From NCBI GenBank assembly GCA_030390025.1, contig CM059431.1, positions 129,210,001-129,274,000 of the forward strand: 64,000 nucleotides of DNA, in the 5' to 3' direction. The notes under the pieces were generated by a model that worked only from the letters and a program-made list of their open reading frames with translations, was not told where the DNA came from and made no database searches. The stretch comes from Squalus acanthias (taxonomy: Eukaryota). Positions within the stretch are counted from its first letter, which is position 1. Every line of letters begins with the position of its first letter. The position numbers and the translations under genes are program-made. Shown in pieces: positions 50,209 through 61,631 of this stretch.

Positions 50209-50261
50209 GTCTAACAAACATGATGGCAAAAGTTGGGTGACAAGTGTGATTGAAATGAAAG
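50209..50261 (+). CDS. Candidate 53-bp internal exon of an unidentified host gene
   Basis: Acceptor ttctttctgtttcttag|G, donor AAG|gtaact; the only open frame reads SNKHDGKSWVTSVIEMK; lies in repeat-free sequence. Confidence 0.4.
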
Positions 50262-50739
50262 GTAACTCATCTTCAACTGGGCTGTGCTTATTAGCATTTT
50301 GAATAGAAAATGGTGATGGGGTGGAATTGTATTTTGTAAAATTAGGTCGGAAAAAAATGAGTTTCACCGAGAAATGCGTGCTGGAGAGAAGGTCAGAGAG
50401 TATTGCTGTGCTCATGTGGCTTTTAAATAAAAATATGTTACTGTACAGTGTCTGCTGAACCAGAGAAATAGAATCAGGCTGGGTTCTTAGTATGCTGAAA
50501 AATTATTGACCCACCAATAGCTTATTAGCATAATGGGCTTATCAGCAAATTTAACTAGGAAATTAAAAAAACAGATTGTAAGATTTGCATGTATATAGAT
50601 GATACTCTTTGAGAAATGAATTTAAAGTCACCCTGCAAGGTTTAAATAGTAACAGCTTAAAATAACTAAGATGATTGCATTCAACATTAAATTAGTATTA
50701 CACTGGTAAGGAGAAGTCATGTCTAGAGATAATGAAAAT

Positions 50740-50943
50740 CTGAATATGGGATTCAGTGGCAGTGGGAATATGGTAGAGGCAGAGGTGGTCAATATTGTGG
50801 AAGTTAAAATAAGTGATCCTAGTGAAAGATAGGATAAGATGAAGTAGGGTGGGAGGAGGCTCATATGGAGCATAAACACCCGCATATATCGAACGGCCTC
50901 ATTCTGTGCTGTAAATCCTATGTAATTCTATGCAATTCTATGA
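50740..50943 (+). mobile_element. Old CR1 3' end
   Basis: GGAGGAGGCTCATATGGAGCATAAACACC..GAACGGCCTCATTCTGTGCTGTAAA and (TTCTATG) tail. Confidence 0.75.
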
Positions 50944-51732
50944 TATGGGTTTGGAAGCTTATCTCAAGGTTATACACCACCTGGTTCAGCCTGAGCAAGA
51001 AGCCAGAGAGGGGGATGGAGTCGGTGGCAAGGATATGAAGTTATAAGCAGCAAACACAAAAGCAGTACCTTCTTCTGAGTCAGTACAGCTGACAGTATGG
51101 AATAGAGTTCTTCCATATATTTGTAATACTGTCTTAATAAAGTCTCATGAAGAATTGACTTGGTACAAACTTTCTAGAGGTTTCATTAGAAGAAATAATC
51201 AACCATGTAATGAAAATAATTTTTGTGTGTATGGGTTATATTTGACTTCAGTATTTCCATTCGACAGAACGAATGAGCCTAAATCAAATTACCTTTGCTA
51301 TGCTGTTTACATTTAAAATTATAAATGCTATTTCAGAATGCACAGACCTTCCACACTTCATCTCCAAACTGCAGTGTTCTAATCAGTCATAAAGTATGAA
51401 ACTGTCAGTGTTTAATTAACTTTCTTGCTACAGTTGGTGACTGCTAAGTTTAATACAATATTGGGATACTGTTCACTTTAACCATTGCATTGAACCAGGC
51501 ATAATATAAAACAAACTTTATCTGACAGTAGAGTCATAATTTTAACCCTTTGAGTACTACAGTAATATTTCAGCATTAAAATAAAAATACAATCAAAAAT
51601 AATTCATTCCAAATTTATTTTATATTTCTAAAAAATTCTACGGTAGTGGGTCTTAGGCTTCAATGAACAGACTTTGTGAATTTGTAATCTGGTAATTAGG
51701 TAGAATCTAATTGAGTATATAGAGGAAATAAT

Positions 51733-52755
51733 AGGGTAGATTTTCCAATTGCTTACATCCAATTAATAGGTGTTAAGTGGGCATGACAGAGCTGTTAAAA
51801 CAGATTTTCTCTTGTTTAGTGCCCATCCAGTTTTCTGATCAGGTTTTCTACTGGCACCAGAATCACCCACCAGTTTACAATTAATTATGTTAAAATTAGG
51901 CCCCAATGAAGTCATTTAGAAATTTGCTCAAATTCCCAGTATTTACATTGGTGTAGCATTCAACCATCTATTCATTCATTCAAATAAAATGGGTGTCCAG
52001 GACTTCTAGGGTGCGCTGATTACAGAAATGTCATTTAAAGATCCCTATAGTAAGATTTCTATCAGCATTTTGAAGCTATTTCTGAATTCCAGTGTTCTGG
52101 CACTGCTGGTTTTTTTAAATACAATGTTAGGACAATGAGTTTCCAGATATAGCCATTCATCTTTAAGTGGCTGCATCTCTTTAAAATGGCCTTAACGGCA
52201 TGATTTCCTGCAACCCTTCCTCCTCCGGAAAGCAATGGCGGGGTGCTCACCCAATGAGGCAGAACCCGCAAAGTCAGATAGCATTAGAACATTAATGGTT
52301 AGTGGGCGCTAGTAATGCATTGCCCAACTAACACCCAATTGGAGGACAAATCAAAGAATGTAACCCAAGACGTGCACAACACGGAGGAGAAATTGGTATG
52401 CCTTGTACCCATTTCACGCAAAGCATACAAATTTAAAAGTGGTGTGATGAGCGGATGCCTGAAGCAGGTGTTAGGTCCCTTTAATATGTTAATAAAGGGC
52501 CTAACACCTGTTTAAGGACCCCTTTACTAAATTAGTTATCAATGAGTGGGGCAGGCGTCGGGCGGGGTTCATCATCGGCCCCCACAAAATTCATTTTTCT
52601 CATGGGGTGTGCTGTCTGTAGAGGTGTAACAGGTGCTGGCAGTTCACCCCCAATATGTAGATGATGCCTGAGGCTGAATTTTGGGCCAGCCTCGGGCCTC
52701 TCCGTTCTGGTGCATGCCGAGTCTGATAATGAGAAAAAATGATTATTTCTACCCC
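51733..52755. mobile_element. Old non-autonomous Harbinger-type element, TSD AAT
   Basis: AGGGTAGATTTT ... ATTTCTACCCC ends, with AAT on both flanks. Confidence 0.6.
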
Positions 52756-52958
52756 AATTCTCTAGGAGAGAAGAGAGTAGTTCTGAGAAATATAATTACT
52801 GTGACAGGTAGGCAGCAGTGTTATGAAGGGTTATGATTAGAAAGGGTTAGAATGATTTCCAAGTATTTTGCTTTCTTTTTGTTCTGGAATATCCAATTAA
52901 ATGGGCATTCTGCTTGCATGGGAGCCCTTTGTTAGCAAAGTATCTTTGCAGATATAAT

Positions 52959-53698
52959 GGCCCAAAAATTAGTGCCGCTACGCGAGAGTACGCAGTGTGT
53001 ACTCTCGCGTATTCTGTCTCCAATTGCCGGTTTTCTGCATGCACTGCACATGTGCTGAAAACCGGCACTTGGTGAATTCAAAAGGGGGCGGTTCCTAGGT
53101 GAACCGCGTGCGCGCTACAGGCTGCGCGCACGCAGTGCACTTAGTGCTTTGAACGCGCAGGTAAGCATGGAACATTTTAGACATAAAGAAAGGAGGCGTA
53201 AGACCCTCTTTTAACAAGGTAAGTAGTTAATGAAGTATTATTTTGAATTTTTTTTAACAGGTATATCTTTTTTAGAGACTTTAAAGACAGGTAAGTTTAT
53301 TTTTATAACTTTTTAAAAGATTTTAAATTTTTTCAAAAATTTAATTTTTTGTTTAAAATGGTTAATTTATTTAACTATACTTATTTTATTAATGTGATGG
53401 TTTTTTAAAATTTAATTGAGGTTTAGCTGTTCTTTTGGGGGGGTATAGATTCATAGCTTTCACAGCACTTATGTGAAAGCTATGAATGAAAGATGGTGTG
53501 CTGCCATTGGCTCTAACTGAGTCACGTGATCCCACAGCTCGCACGAATTAACTACGCCTGTGGGATACGGAAGCACTGCCCAGCTGCTGTCCAGAACATC
53601 AAGTTCGTGCGAGCTCGGACTGAAAAAGCCAGCGCGCAGTGAGAGATCGCGGGGAGGCCTTACCCTCGCACGAAGGCTCCCTCATGAATTTTTGGGCC
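52959..53698 (+). mobile_element. ~740-bp MITE family A, second copy
   Basis: TIRs GGCCCAAAAATT / AATTTTTGGGCC; near-identical reverse complement of 22598-23340. Confidence 0.93.
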
Positions 53699-53715
53699 AT
53701 TAATAATATATCTAA

Positions 53716-53792
53716 GAGTTGAATTCCCACGGGGGTTCTCCCAATCATCAGCCATAATGACAGTCAGGAGAACCTCTGTGGAAATTCAACCC
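53716..53792. mobile_element. 77-bp palindromic mini-MITE
   Basis: GAGTTGAATTCCCACGGGGGTTCTCC / GGAGAACCTCTGTGGAAATTCAACCC. Confidence 0.65.
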
Positions 53793-54917
53793 ACTAATGT
53801 TTAATCAATGCCAGTGAGCGATGTGGGGTGGGGGAGGGATGGGGGCAGAGGCAAGATCAAAATTTGAAAATTAACCCAGATACTGTGGATCAAGTGCCAT
53901 CTGGCTGGCTATTGGTCAGTGTCAGTATCTGCATGCTGCTTTGTTGTGTTATTGGCCCCTGGACCTATGTTAGTTCCTAGCTTCCTGTCTGGAACATGAA
54001 GAACCTAGACAAGGAATAGATACTCCAGTCTACAAATGGCAAGGATGGCCAGGACTCAAATTCCAGAGCACATTAGAACCACTGGAGAACTTGGACCTTG
54101 CGAGGTTTCTTCTGGGAATATGGAGGCCAGAAAAAGGTATTCCTTTAGGGATAATTAGTTACGTGGCCTAACTGGAGGCAAGGTATTTTTAGGAAGAATC
54201 CAGACTTTATTATAATTGAAAACTATAAATTTCCATTGTGAACATAGTCCACTGAGAAGATAGGTTGTTGGGATTGAGGGGGGGGAAGAGCTAAGAAGCA
54301 TATTGGAGGTTCAGAAAATGCATAAGATCTTACACTGTGAACAGCAATGTCTGGGGGGAAACTTCCTACTGGTAATGGCTTGCAGACTTCCATTGGAAAT
54401 GAAAATTGGGAGAGATATATAACAGGCAGCTGAATTGATATCTCCTGTTTTACACTATCACCCAAAGAGATTTTAAACCTCCGACACAAGTTTAAGTTCT
54501 ATTGGAGAGGTACTTTTAAAGTATTTTGACATGATTTAATTATAAAATGTTGTGTTTTTTTATTTTTTGCATGAACTGGCAATGGTACATAAAAACATTC
54601 TTAGCCACTAATGAATTCCATGTATATAATGTTAACTCACGGAAGCTGCTTTGCTCTGCAAGTTCATTTTAATTTAACTGTAGTTGTTTTTGCTCAAATA
54701 TTTCATCAAGAGATAAAATCCTCCAGAGAAGTATTCTTTATTGCAAACTGTGCACCTAAAACTTGATAGAAAATACATCAGCTTATTCTCAATGACTGTT
54801 CAAATTTCTCATAGCAGCACTCTTCTTTATTAGATTATCATTATAATGAAATTACTGAGCTTTGTTCAAGCAACATTTTGCAGTTAACCTTGACTCTGAA
54901 CAGTTGAGTGATATAAT

Positions 54918-55254
54918 GGCCCAGAAATTCCGATCGCAGGCCTCCCGCGGGCGGAGGGCTGCAATCTGGAAAAATCTGCGCCAAGACCGGAGGGCTCCCG
55001 GGAGGTGCAGAGTTCTGCTGCTGGGTCTCTCCAAACTGCCGGTGCGCAGGGCCCACGTATCCCAGAGGCGCAGGCAGTTTGCAGCGTCCCTGGGATCACA
55101 TGGGCCATGGGGAGCCAATCAGAGAAGGGAATCTCCCTTCATACATTTGACAGGAAGACCTGTCAAATATATGAATAGAGATCACCCCCAAAACATAGTA
55201 AAACTTTAAATACATTTTTTTTTAAATCACATTTTTAAAATGACTTTAAATTAC
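54918..55254 (-). mobile_element. Single arm of a family-B MITE, inverted relative to its neighbour
   Basis: TIR GGCCCAGAAATT; 55085-55195 matches the reverse complement of 55745-55855. Confidence 0.8.
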
Positions 55255-55257
55255 AAT

Positions 55258-56022
55258 GGGCCAGAATTTCAGGTCTCCACAGGTGAGTACACGCTGTGTA
55301 CTCACCCGTAGACCCAACAAAAGTGCCGATTTCGCGCATGCACTGCGCATGTGCTGGAAACCAGAACTTCCGTTCCCCTGAAGGAAGGGGTTCAGAGGTC
55401 GAACGCGTGCGCCGGAGAGGCAGCGCGCACGCAGTGAACTACGTTTTTTTTTTCAGGTTTCTCCGTGAGGGTAAGTACGGAGAAGCTGCGCAGGAAAAAA
55501 GGAGGCGCAAGGCCTGCTTTTAACAAGGTAAGTGGTGAATTAAGTACAATTTAAACATTTTTTCAACAGGTTTATCTTTTTTACATACTTTAAAGAAAGG
55601 TAAGTTTATTTTTAGCACCGTTAAAAAGTGTAATTAATTTTTTCAAAAATTTAAATTTTTGTTTAAAGTAGTTAATTTATGTAATTTATAGTTATTTTAA
55701 AAATGTGATGTTTTTTTTAAATTTATTTGAAGTTTTACTGAGGTTTTGGGGCCGATCTCTATTCATAGATTTGACAGGTCTTCCTGTCAAAATCTATGAA
55801 TGGAGATTCCCTGCTCCGATTGGCTCTCCATGGCCCACGTGATCCCAGGGGACGCTTCGAACTAACTGCGCCCCTAGGATACATAAGCACTGCGCGCCGC
55901 CAGCTGCAGGAGGCCCAGGAGTCGAATTTCACGCAGGCCCGAAGCACAACGGCAGGCGCACTAGATAAGTACGCGTGCGATGCTTGCACCCGCGGGAAGC
56001 CGGAGAGCCAAATTTCTGGCCC
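55258..56022 (+). mobile_element. ~765-bp MITE family B (diverged relative of family A)
   Basis: TIRs GGGCCAGAATTT / AAATTTCTGGCCC; colinear with 52959-53698 (same hairpins, GTAAGT motifs, AT-rich core, CACGTGATCCC). Confidence 0.9.
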
Positions 56023-57215
56023 ATTCAGCGTGGAATGGTGAAAATTGTAAAACTGTACCATAGAATGAAAGACAATTGTAAATGTGAATTACCTGCAAGT
56101 TGCAGTCAATTAAGGGAAAAGTTTAAGGTCATTTGAAATGCATCGATGATCATTAATTTTGTTGCTATTGTCATGAGGGATAAGATACATTATATGAGAC
56201 TCATAAATAATCAAATCTAAGGGATTATAATTTTCCATAATTTGTTAGTCCTTCCAACTAATTTGTGCGTGTTATTTGTGAATGTCAAGGTGAGTAAAGG
56301 CACTTTTGCGGCTTTGAGTTTTTTTTCATTGCCCTAGTGATCATACTAAAAAGTGGTACAAAGCCTTAGCTACACTTCTGCAATACCATCTAATCTTGGA
56401 GTATTACCTCCTACTGACCCTGTCTGGGTTTCAATTTCCCACATTGTATATCTTTTTGGTTACTATGAGTGAAATGGACAATTACTGTGAATTATGGATA
56501 GCTTTGTTGTCTATGGGGAATTAAATTGAGTTTCCTCTTTCAAACCATTTATTTATATTGACAGGTGGTAGAACAGTATTGTACTCCACAAGTTTCTGAT
56601 ATGTAATTTTTAAGTCAAATATTCATAAGGTGTTAAAGCCCACATTGGTTAGCTTTTTACTGAGGTTCCCATTAACCTTTTAGGATATACTAACAACTGA
56701 AATATCTACATTCAACATAATTGCAGCATCTGTTGGAGTCGTATGTTTCAATACTAACTGAAGTTGAATAATAGTTTCTGAAATTCTTTGATGATTACTT
56801 GGATATAAAACATTGAACAGATTTGTCTGATATTAATTATACTGGAGCATGTCAGTTATTTCTGCCCGACTCTTGACTTCAGTGTTATTCATACTTGAAA
56901 TGTCAGTGTTTGCTTCAAATAAATGTGCATATTCTACAGGTGAACCAAATATTCTTTTCTTTCGCATTGTTCCTTATTAGCTAGTACGCCCAAGATGACA
57001 ATTTAGCTTTTTAAACAGATTGAAATTTGTGACAGACTTTTGGCCTCATCTATGTGGGAGTGATGAAGAAACAGTTTTAACTTGAGTTTTAAAGGAAAAA
57101 ATGTTGAATGAAAAAAATGATCTGCTACGATTTCAATTGTGCCACCAATTGTGACAATGCATGTCCATTTGGATAAAATCATGGTTGATGCCTTAAGCTG
57201 ATAATTGGACATATA

Positions 57216-57395
57216 GTGGATGAAACTGGTCAACACCAGTTGCCCAAAACAGGCTCATAATGAATCGGCAGCCCGTTTAACGCTACATTCGATTTTCTTT
57301 TCCATTTCGGTAAAGAGAATTGGCGCAGTGTAAAACGGGCTGCCGATTTGTTATGAGCTTGTTTCGTGCTACTGACATGGACCAATTTCATCCCC
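57216..57395. mobile_element. 180-bp palindromic MITE, TSD ATA
   Basis: GTGGATGAAACTGGTC / GACCAATTTCATCCCC; internal GCTCATAATGAATCGGCAGCCCGTTT / AAACGGGCTGCCGATTTGTTATGAGC. Confidence 0.85.
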
Positions 57396-57398
57396 ATA

Positions 57399-57537
57399 GG
57401 CTGGGAAATTCCTTGTAGCAGCTCCCTCTCTGCTGCCGTTACTTCTCTGGAAGTAACTGGGTTAAATGGGGTTTCCTCCACATTTCAGGCAAAGTAATGC
57501 CGGCGGAGCGGGAGCAGCTTTGAAGATTTACTTGGCT
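57399..57537. mobile_element. Mini palindromic MITE (family of 40143-40257), TSD ATA
   Basis: GGCTGGGAAATTCCTTGTAGCAGCTCCC / GGGAGCAGCTTTGAAGATTTACTTGGCT. Confidence 0.75.
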
Positions 57538-58019
57538 ATAAATTAAAGAAGAAAAGGGGATTTGGCTGATGAAGCATTAAGCACCATTTGTACATCATGG
57601 TGTTTGATTAAACCAGAAGTGTTCCAGAAGATGAATTATTTTCAGGTCCTTCCCCAAACAATCATTGCCAGCACATTTGTACACCTCTGAAAATGCATAT
57701 AATAATTTTGTATTATTTATTAATTAATTCAGATTCCTAAGGACAACCCAGTATTTTTTAAATTAAGTAACACCATATAAAAGCATTCATACTTGATTAA
57801 GTCCTCACTATTAAAAGGCCATTATATTGTATTTGATAAATTGTGAAATTTGTATTTCAATATTGGAGAAAAAACAAAGTTGAAAGCAGCATATTCTGAT
57901 CATTCATTCAAAAGGGCTGCTTAGTTCCCAAAGCTGACATTGAGATCACATTTTTGAAGTATTGGAGAACTTTTTTTTTTTTAAATTGTATAGCAATTGC
58001 CTCAGTCCCACAATGATTT

Positions 58020-58270
58020 TAGCCTCAAGTTTCAAGTCACAGGGTGGTAGCAAAGGCACTAAAATTGATCTCAACTGCTCTCAGCTAGGGAGGGAAAAGT
58101 TAGCTAAGGTTGTCCCTGCTGATATTGATAAAATGCTGCATTGATAGTCAATGTCTGAGCTCACCGAAGAAGAATGGCTACATGGGTGAGGTAGTGGAGT
58201 GCCAGCTGCACCTATGGATCCTTACCTCTGTGCCTCAAGGATAGGAGTGAGAGGGGAGACAAATCCGAGG
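58020..58270 (+). mobile_element. Ancient SINE-like repeat remnant
   Basis: TAGGGAGGGAAAAG..GAAGAATGGCTACATGGGTGAGGTA resembles a recalled common shark repeat; not verified. Confidence 0.35.
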
Positions 58271-58962
58271 TACAATTGCAGGGCAAAATGGTACATATCT
58301 CATTCATAACTTCTGCAGGGATTCCTTAAACATTTCATTATATTTCCATCATCACCTGAAGCTCAACGCTAAATATTGAATCTTCCCTGGTAGTTATTTT
58401 TAACATTCTGCATCTTGAAACAGGCCGATACTAGCTCCGTGAAATTTAAAGTGTATCTGTATTATTCCACTTAATTAAAATCACTGGGCTAAAAATGTGG
58501 CTGCATAGCACCCATTCTTTGGGCACTACGGGTGCCGAATTGGGTCCAAAATGGTGTCCAAGCAGCGTGCGCACACTTCTGGTGCAAGCCACATCAGACA
58601 CCATATTGGTCAGGTGGGGGTAGGGCAACCGTTAGGAGCGTGCGCTGGAAGTATGATAAGTAGACAGATCATGACGTCAATCAGCATGCAACATTAATTT
58701 GACGCCAGCGGTGCCATTTTCATCATCTTAACCTTGCACAGCTGAACATGCGTTTAGCAGCAGGAAGGACCCCCACCAGCGCTATTTAAAGGGATCATCA
58801 CCAACTTTCAAGTAACTTGCTTTCTAATTTCTCCTGGCTCTATGTAAGTTTGTGGAAGTGTTTGCAGCTTTCCAGAGTGTTTAAAGTTGGTGAGGTGACA
58901 GGGAGTGGTGCTGCAAGTGGAGAAGGCCTTAGTTCTGATTTCAAGGTTTCTGGTCAGACCAC

Positions 58963-60070
58963 TTGCTCCCAGTCATTGGCCTGCAGCATGACAGGGAGAT
59001 GGAGCAGAGGCAGCAAAGAGGAGGACAAGCAGTTCGCTGGGGGAGGAGGAGGAGGGGGAGAAGGGCTCTTAGCAGGAGGCCTTACCCACCTGGGGTCTTC
59101 CGAAAGCAACTCTCTTACCTCAGCCTGAGCCAGGATCAGTGTGTGATGCGTCTGCACTTTACGAAGGAGATGCTCACAGAACTCTGCCACCTCCTGCAAC
59201 CAGTCCTGCAGCCTCACACCAGGACAAGGACAGCGCTGCCAGTGGCTGTGAGGGTGACGGTGACCCTGAATTTCTTCGCGTCAGGTTCCTTCCACGCTGG
59301 AACAGGCAACATCTGTAACATCTCACAGTTCGCCATCCACGGCTGCATAATAGAGGTGACAGACGCTCTTTATGCCAAGAGAGGGGACTTCATTGTCTTC
59401 TCTCTGACCACAGAGAAGGCGGCGGAGCATGCACGTGGCTTTACCAGGATAGCAGCTTCCCCATGGTGCAGGGTGCCATCAACTGCACGCACGTGGCTTT
59501 GTTGGTGCCGCATCTAAATGCTGAGATGTACTGCAACCACAAAAGTTTCCACTCGCTAAATGTGCAGTTGGTGTGCAACCATACTCAGCACATCATGATG
59601 GTGAATGCCCCGTATCCTGGCAGCAGTCATGATGCTTTTACTCTGCACCATCTGCTGTTCCCTCAGTCTTTGAGCCACCAAGACAAACCAGAGGGTGGCT
59701 ACTGGGAGACAAGGGCTATCCTTTGACCATCTGGCTCATGACTTCACTCCGCAACTCAACCACACGTGGCCAGCATGTGTACAACGAGAGCCATGCTGCC
59801 ACATGAAACATCATTGCGAAGACCATTGGGGTGCTGAAGCAACGGTTCTATTGCCTGGACCGCACTAGAGGAGCCCTACAGTACTCACTGTGTCTTGTTT
59901 CATGGTGGTCTGCTGTATCCTCCACAACCTGGCCATCATGAGGGCACAGCCCTTGCCACCAGGGATACGGCCACCAGCTCTGGAGGAGGAGGGAGGAGGA
60001 AGTGGAAAAGGAGGAAGCGGAAGAGGAAGAAAGGAGGAAACCCTTCTGGTCGGGATATCTAGGATCGAAT
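58963..60070 (+). pseudogene. Harbinger DDE transposase (frameshifts, stop, first catalytic Asp to Asn)
   Basis: [80 protein letters not shown]. Confidence 0.93.
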
Positions 60071-60261
60071 CATCCACCTGTGGTACCAGTGAACACAACC
60101 CCAATTCCCCATTCAACATTTTTCCCACATCTTACCTTCCCTCTGTTACTGACTATCATAGCGTCCTCTTGGCCAAAATACTGAAATAAAAGCCATCACA
60201 AAGCAAACATTCCAATCCAACTTTATACATCTATCCATCCAATATTACATCAAAAAATCAA

Positions 60262-61631
60262 CTAATCACCCTTGTGCATTCCCTTAGTGATAGTCTTGTG
60301 TGTGCCTTTGCCTAACCTAGTGCTCCTACACAGTACTACCCCAGTGGCTGCAGCATGGCTGGTGGAAGGCTGCTGACTTTTAGTGGGGGAGACTGCAGAT
60401 GGCCTTGCAGGATGACCTCGAGGAGCTCTGGGTCTAGTAGGCCTGGCTTCAGACTGCACCACCTCAGCATGGGTGGGTGCAGTCTGGGCTGGCTGACAGG
60501 CAACAGCAAGGGCACTGGCAGAGTGGCAGTGTTGGGAGTACGAATGCTGTCATCCTCCATGGATCCATTGCCACTCCCCCTGGGCAGCGCCTCAGCAATC
60601 CTTGTAATCTGTTGGAGTACAAACTCTGGACTGCTGTGACACCCTGCAAGCCCCTTTCAACACTGGTAAACCCAGCCATGACAGCAGCAGTCTGTGCTTG
60701 CGTGGCAGCAAGCTGAGATTGCATGACTTCAGTCTGAGCTTCCATTGCAGCACTCAGCTGTTGGGTGGCTGCTGCTTGTGCTGCAATGGGTGCTGAGACT
60801 ATGTCTATCAGACAGTTGTTGATGGGTTGAGTCCACAAGTGCATTAATTGATCTGCCCACTCCTTCCACGCTGGAAAGGACGGGCTCCAAGCTCTGCCCA
60901 AAGCCCTGTGCTAGGCTGGAGCTGGACTCCTCCATGCTCCTTGACATTGCATTCAGGCTTTCTGGCAGGCCTGCCAATGCACCAAGCATTTCATTGTGCA
61001 TACCAATCAGCGTTCTTCTGTAGGCTGCCCCATCGAAGTCTTCATCTGAGTCCTATGCAGCAGAACTCGTGTGCGACCTCACCTTTGGGGAGCTGGCACC
61101 TGCACTACCTATTCCTCCTGACCTGGCTGCAGGCTGCTCGTGCCCGGAGTCTCACCACGTGGAGATCCTGCGTCTAACCTATCCTCTAAAGTACATGGAG
61201 CGTCAGTATCTGAGCTAGTGGCTGGGAATGTGAAATTGAGCTGCTTCTTCTCCTCCTCCTTCTCCTTTGCCGCCGCCACCACTGCTACTGGCTGGTCAGG
61301 CTAGATTACTTGGGTGTCTGAAATAGGAAAGGCACAAGTGTAGAGTTGTGGTGAGGGGAGGGGGGAAAGCAAGAGGTGCGTGTTTACGCCATGTGCAGAT
61401 TGTTAATCAGAGGAGATTGTGGGATGAGGGGGAAGTGGGATGTGAGAAGGAGGATAACATATGAGGATACTGGCATCGTGTTCTTTCAGCCCCACCGCTG
61501 GCCACAGACTCAGCCATGCCCCTGCCAAGAATGGCCAGCACCGTCTCCTCCATGGGGGTGAGGTCATGCAGGCAAGCGTGTCCCCCACCGCTTAAGTTCT
61601 GCTGCCGCCGGTTATGCGCCGCCTCTTCCTT
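60262..61631 (-). pseudogene. Harbinger Myb-like gene exons 2 and 3
   Basis: EEAAHNRRQQNLSGGGHACLHDLTPMEETVLAILGR; MLGALAGLPESL..; PRGHPARP..SHAAATGVVLCRSTRLGKG. Confidence 0.85.

Noticed and set aside
58963..60070. Domesticated HARBI1 gene (and NAIF1 for the Myb-like copies)
   Set aside because: Multiple copies with TIRs, frameshifts, stops and a mutated catalytic Asp indicate transposon copies
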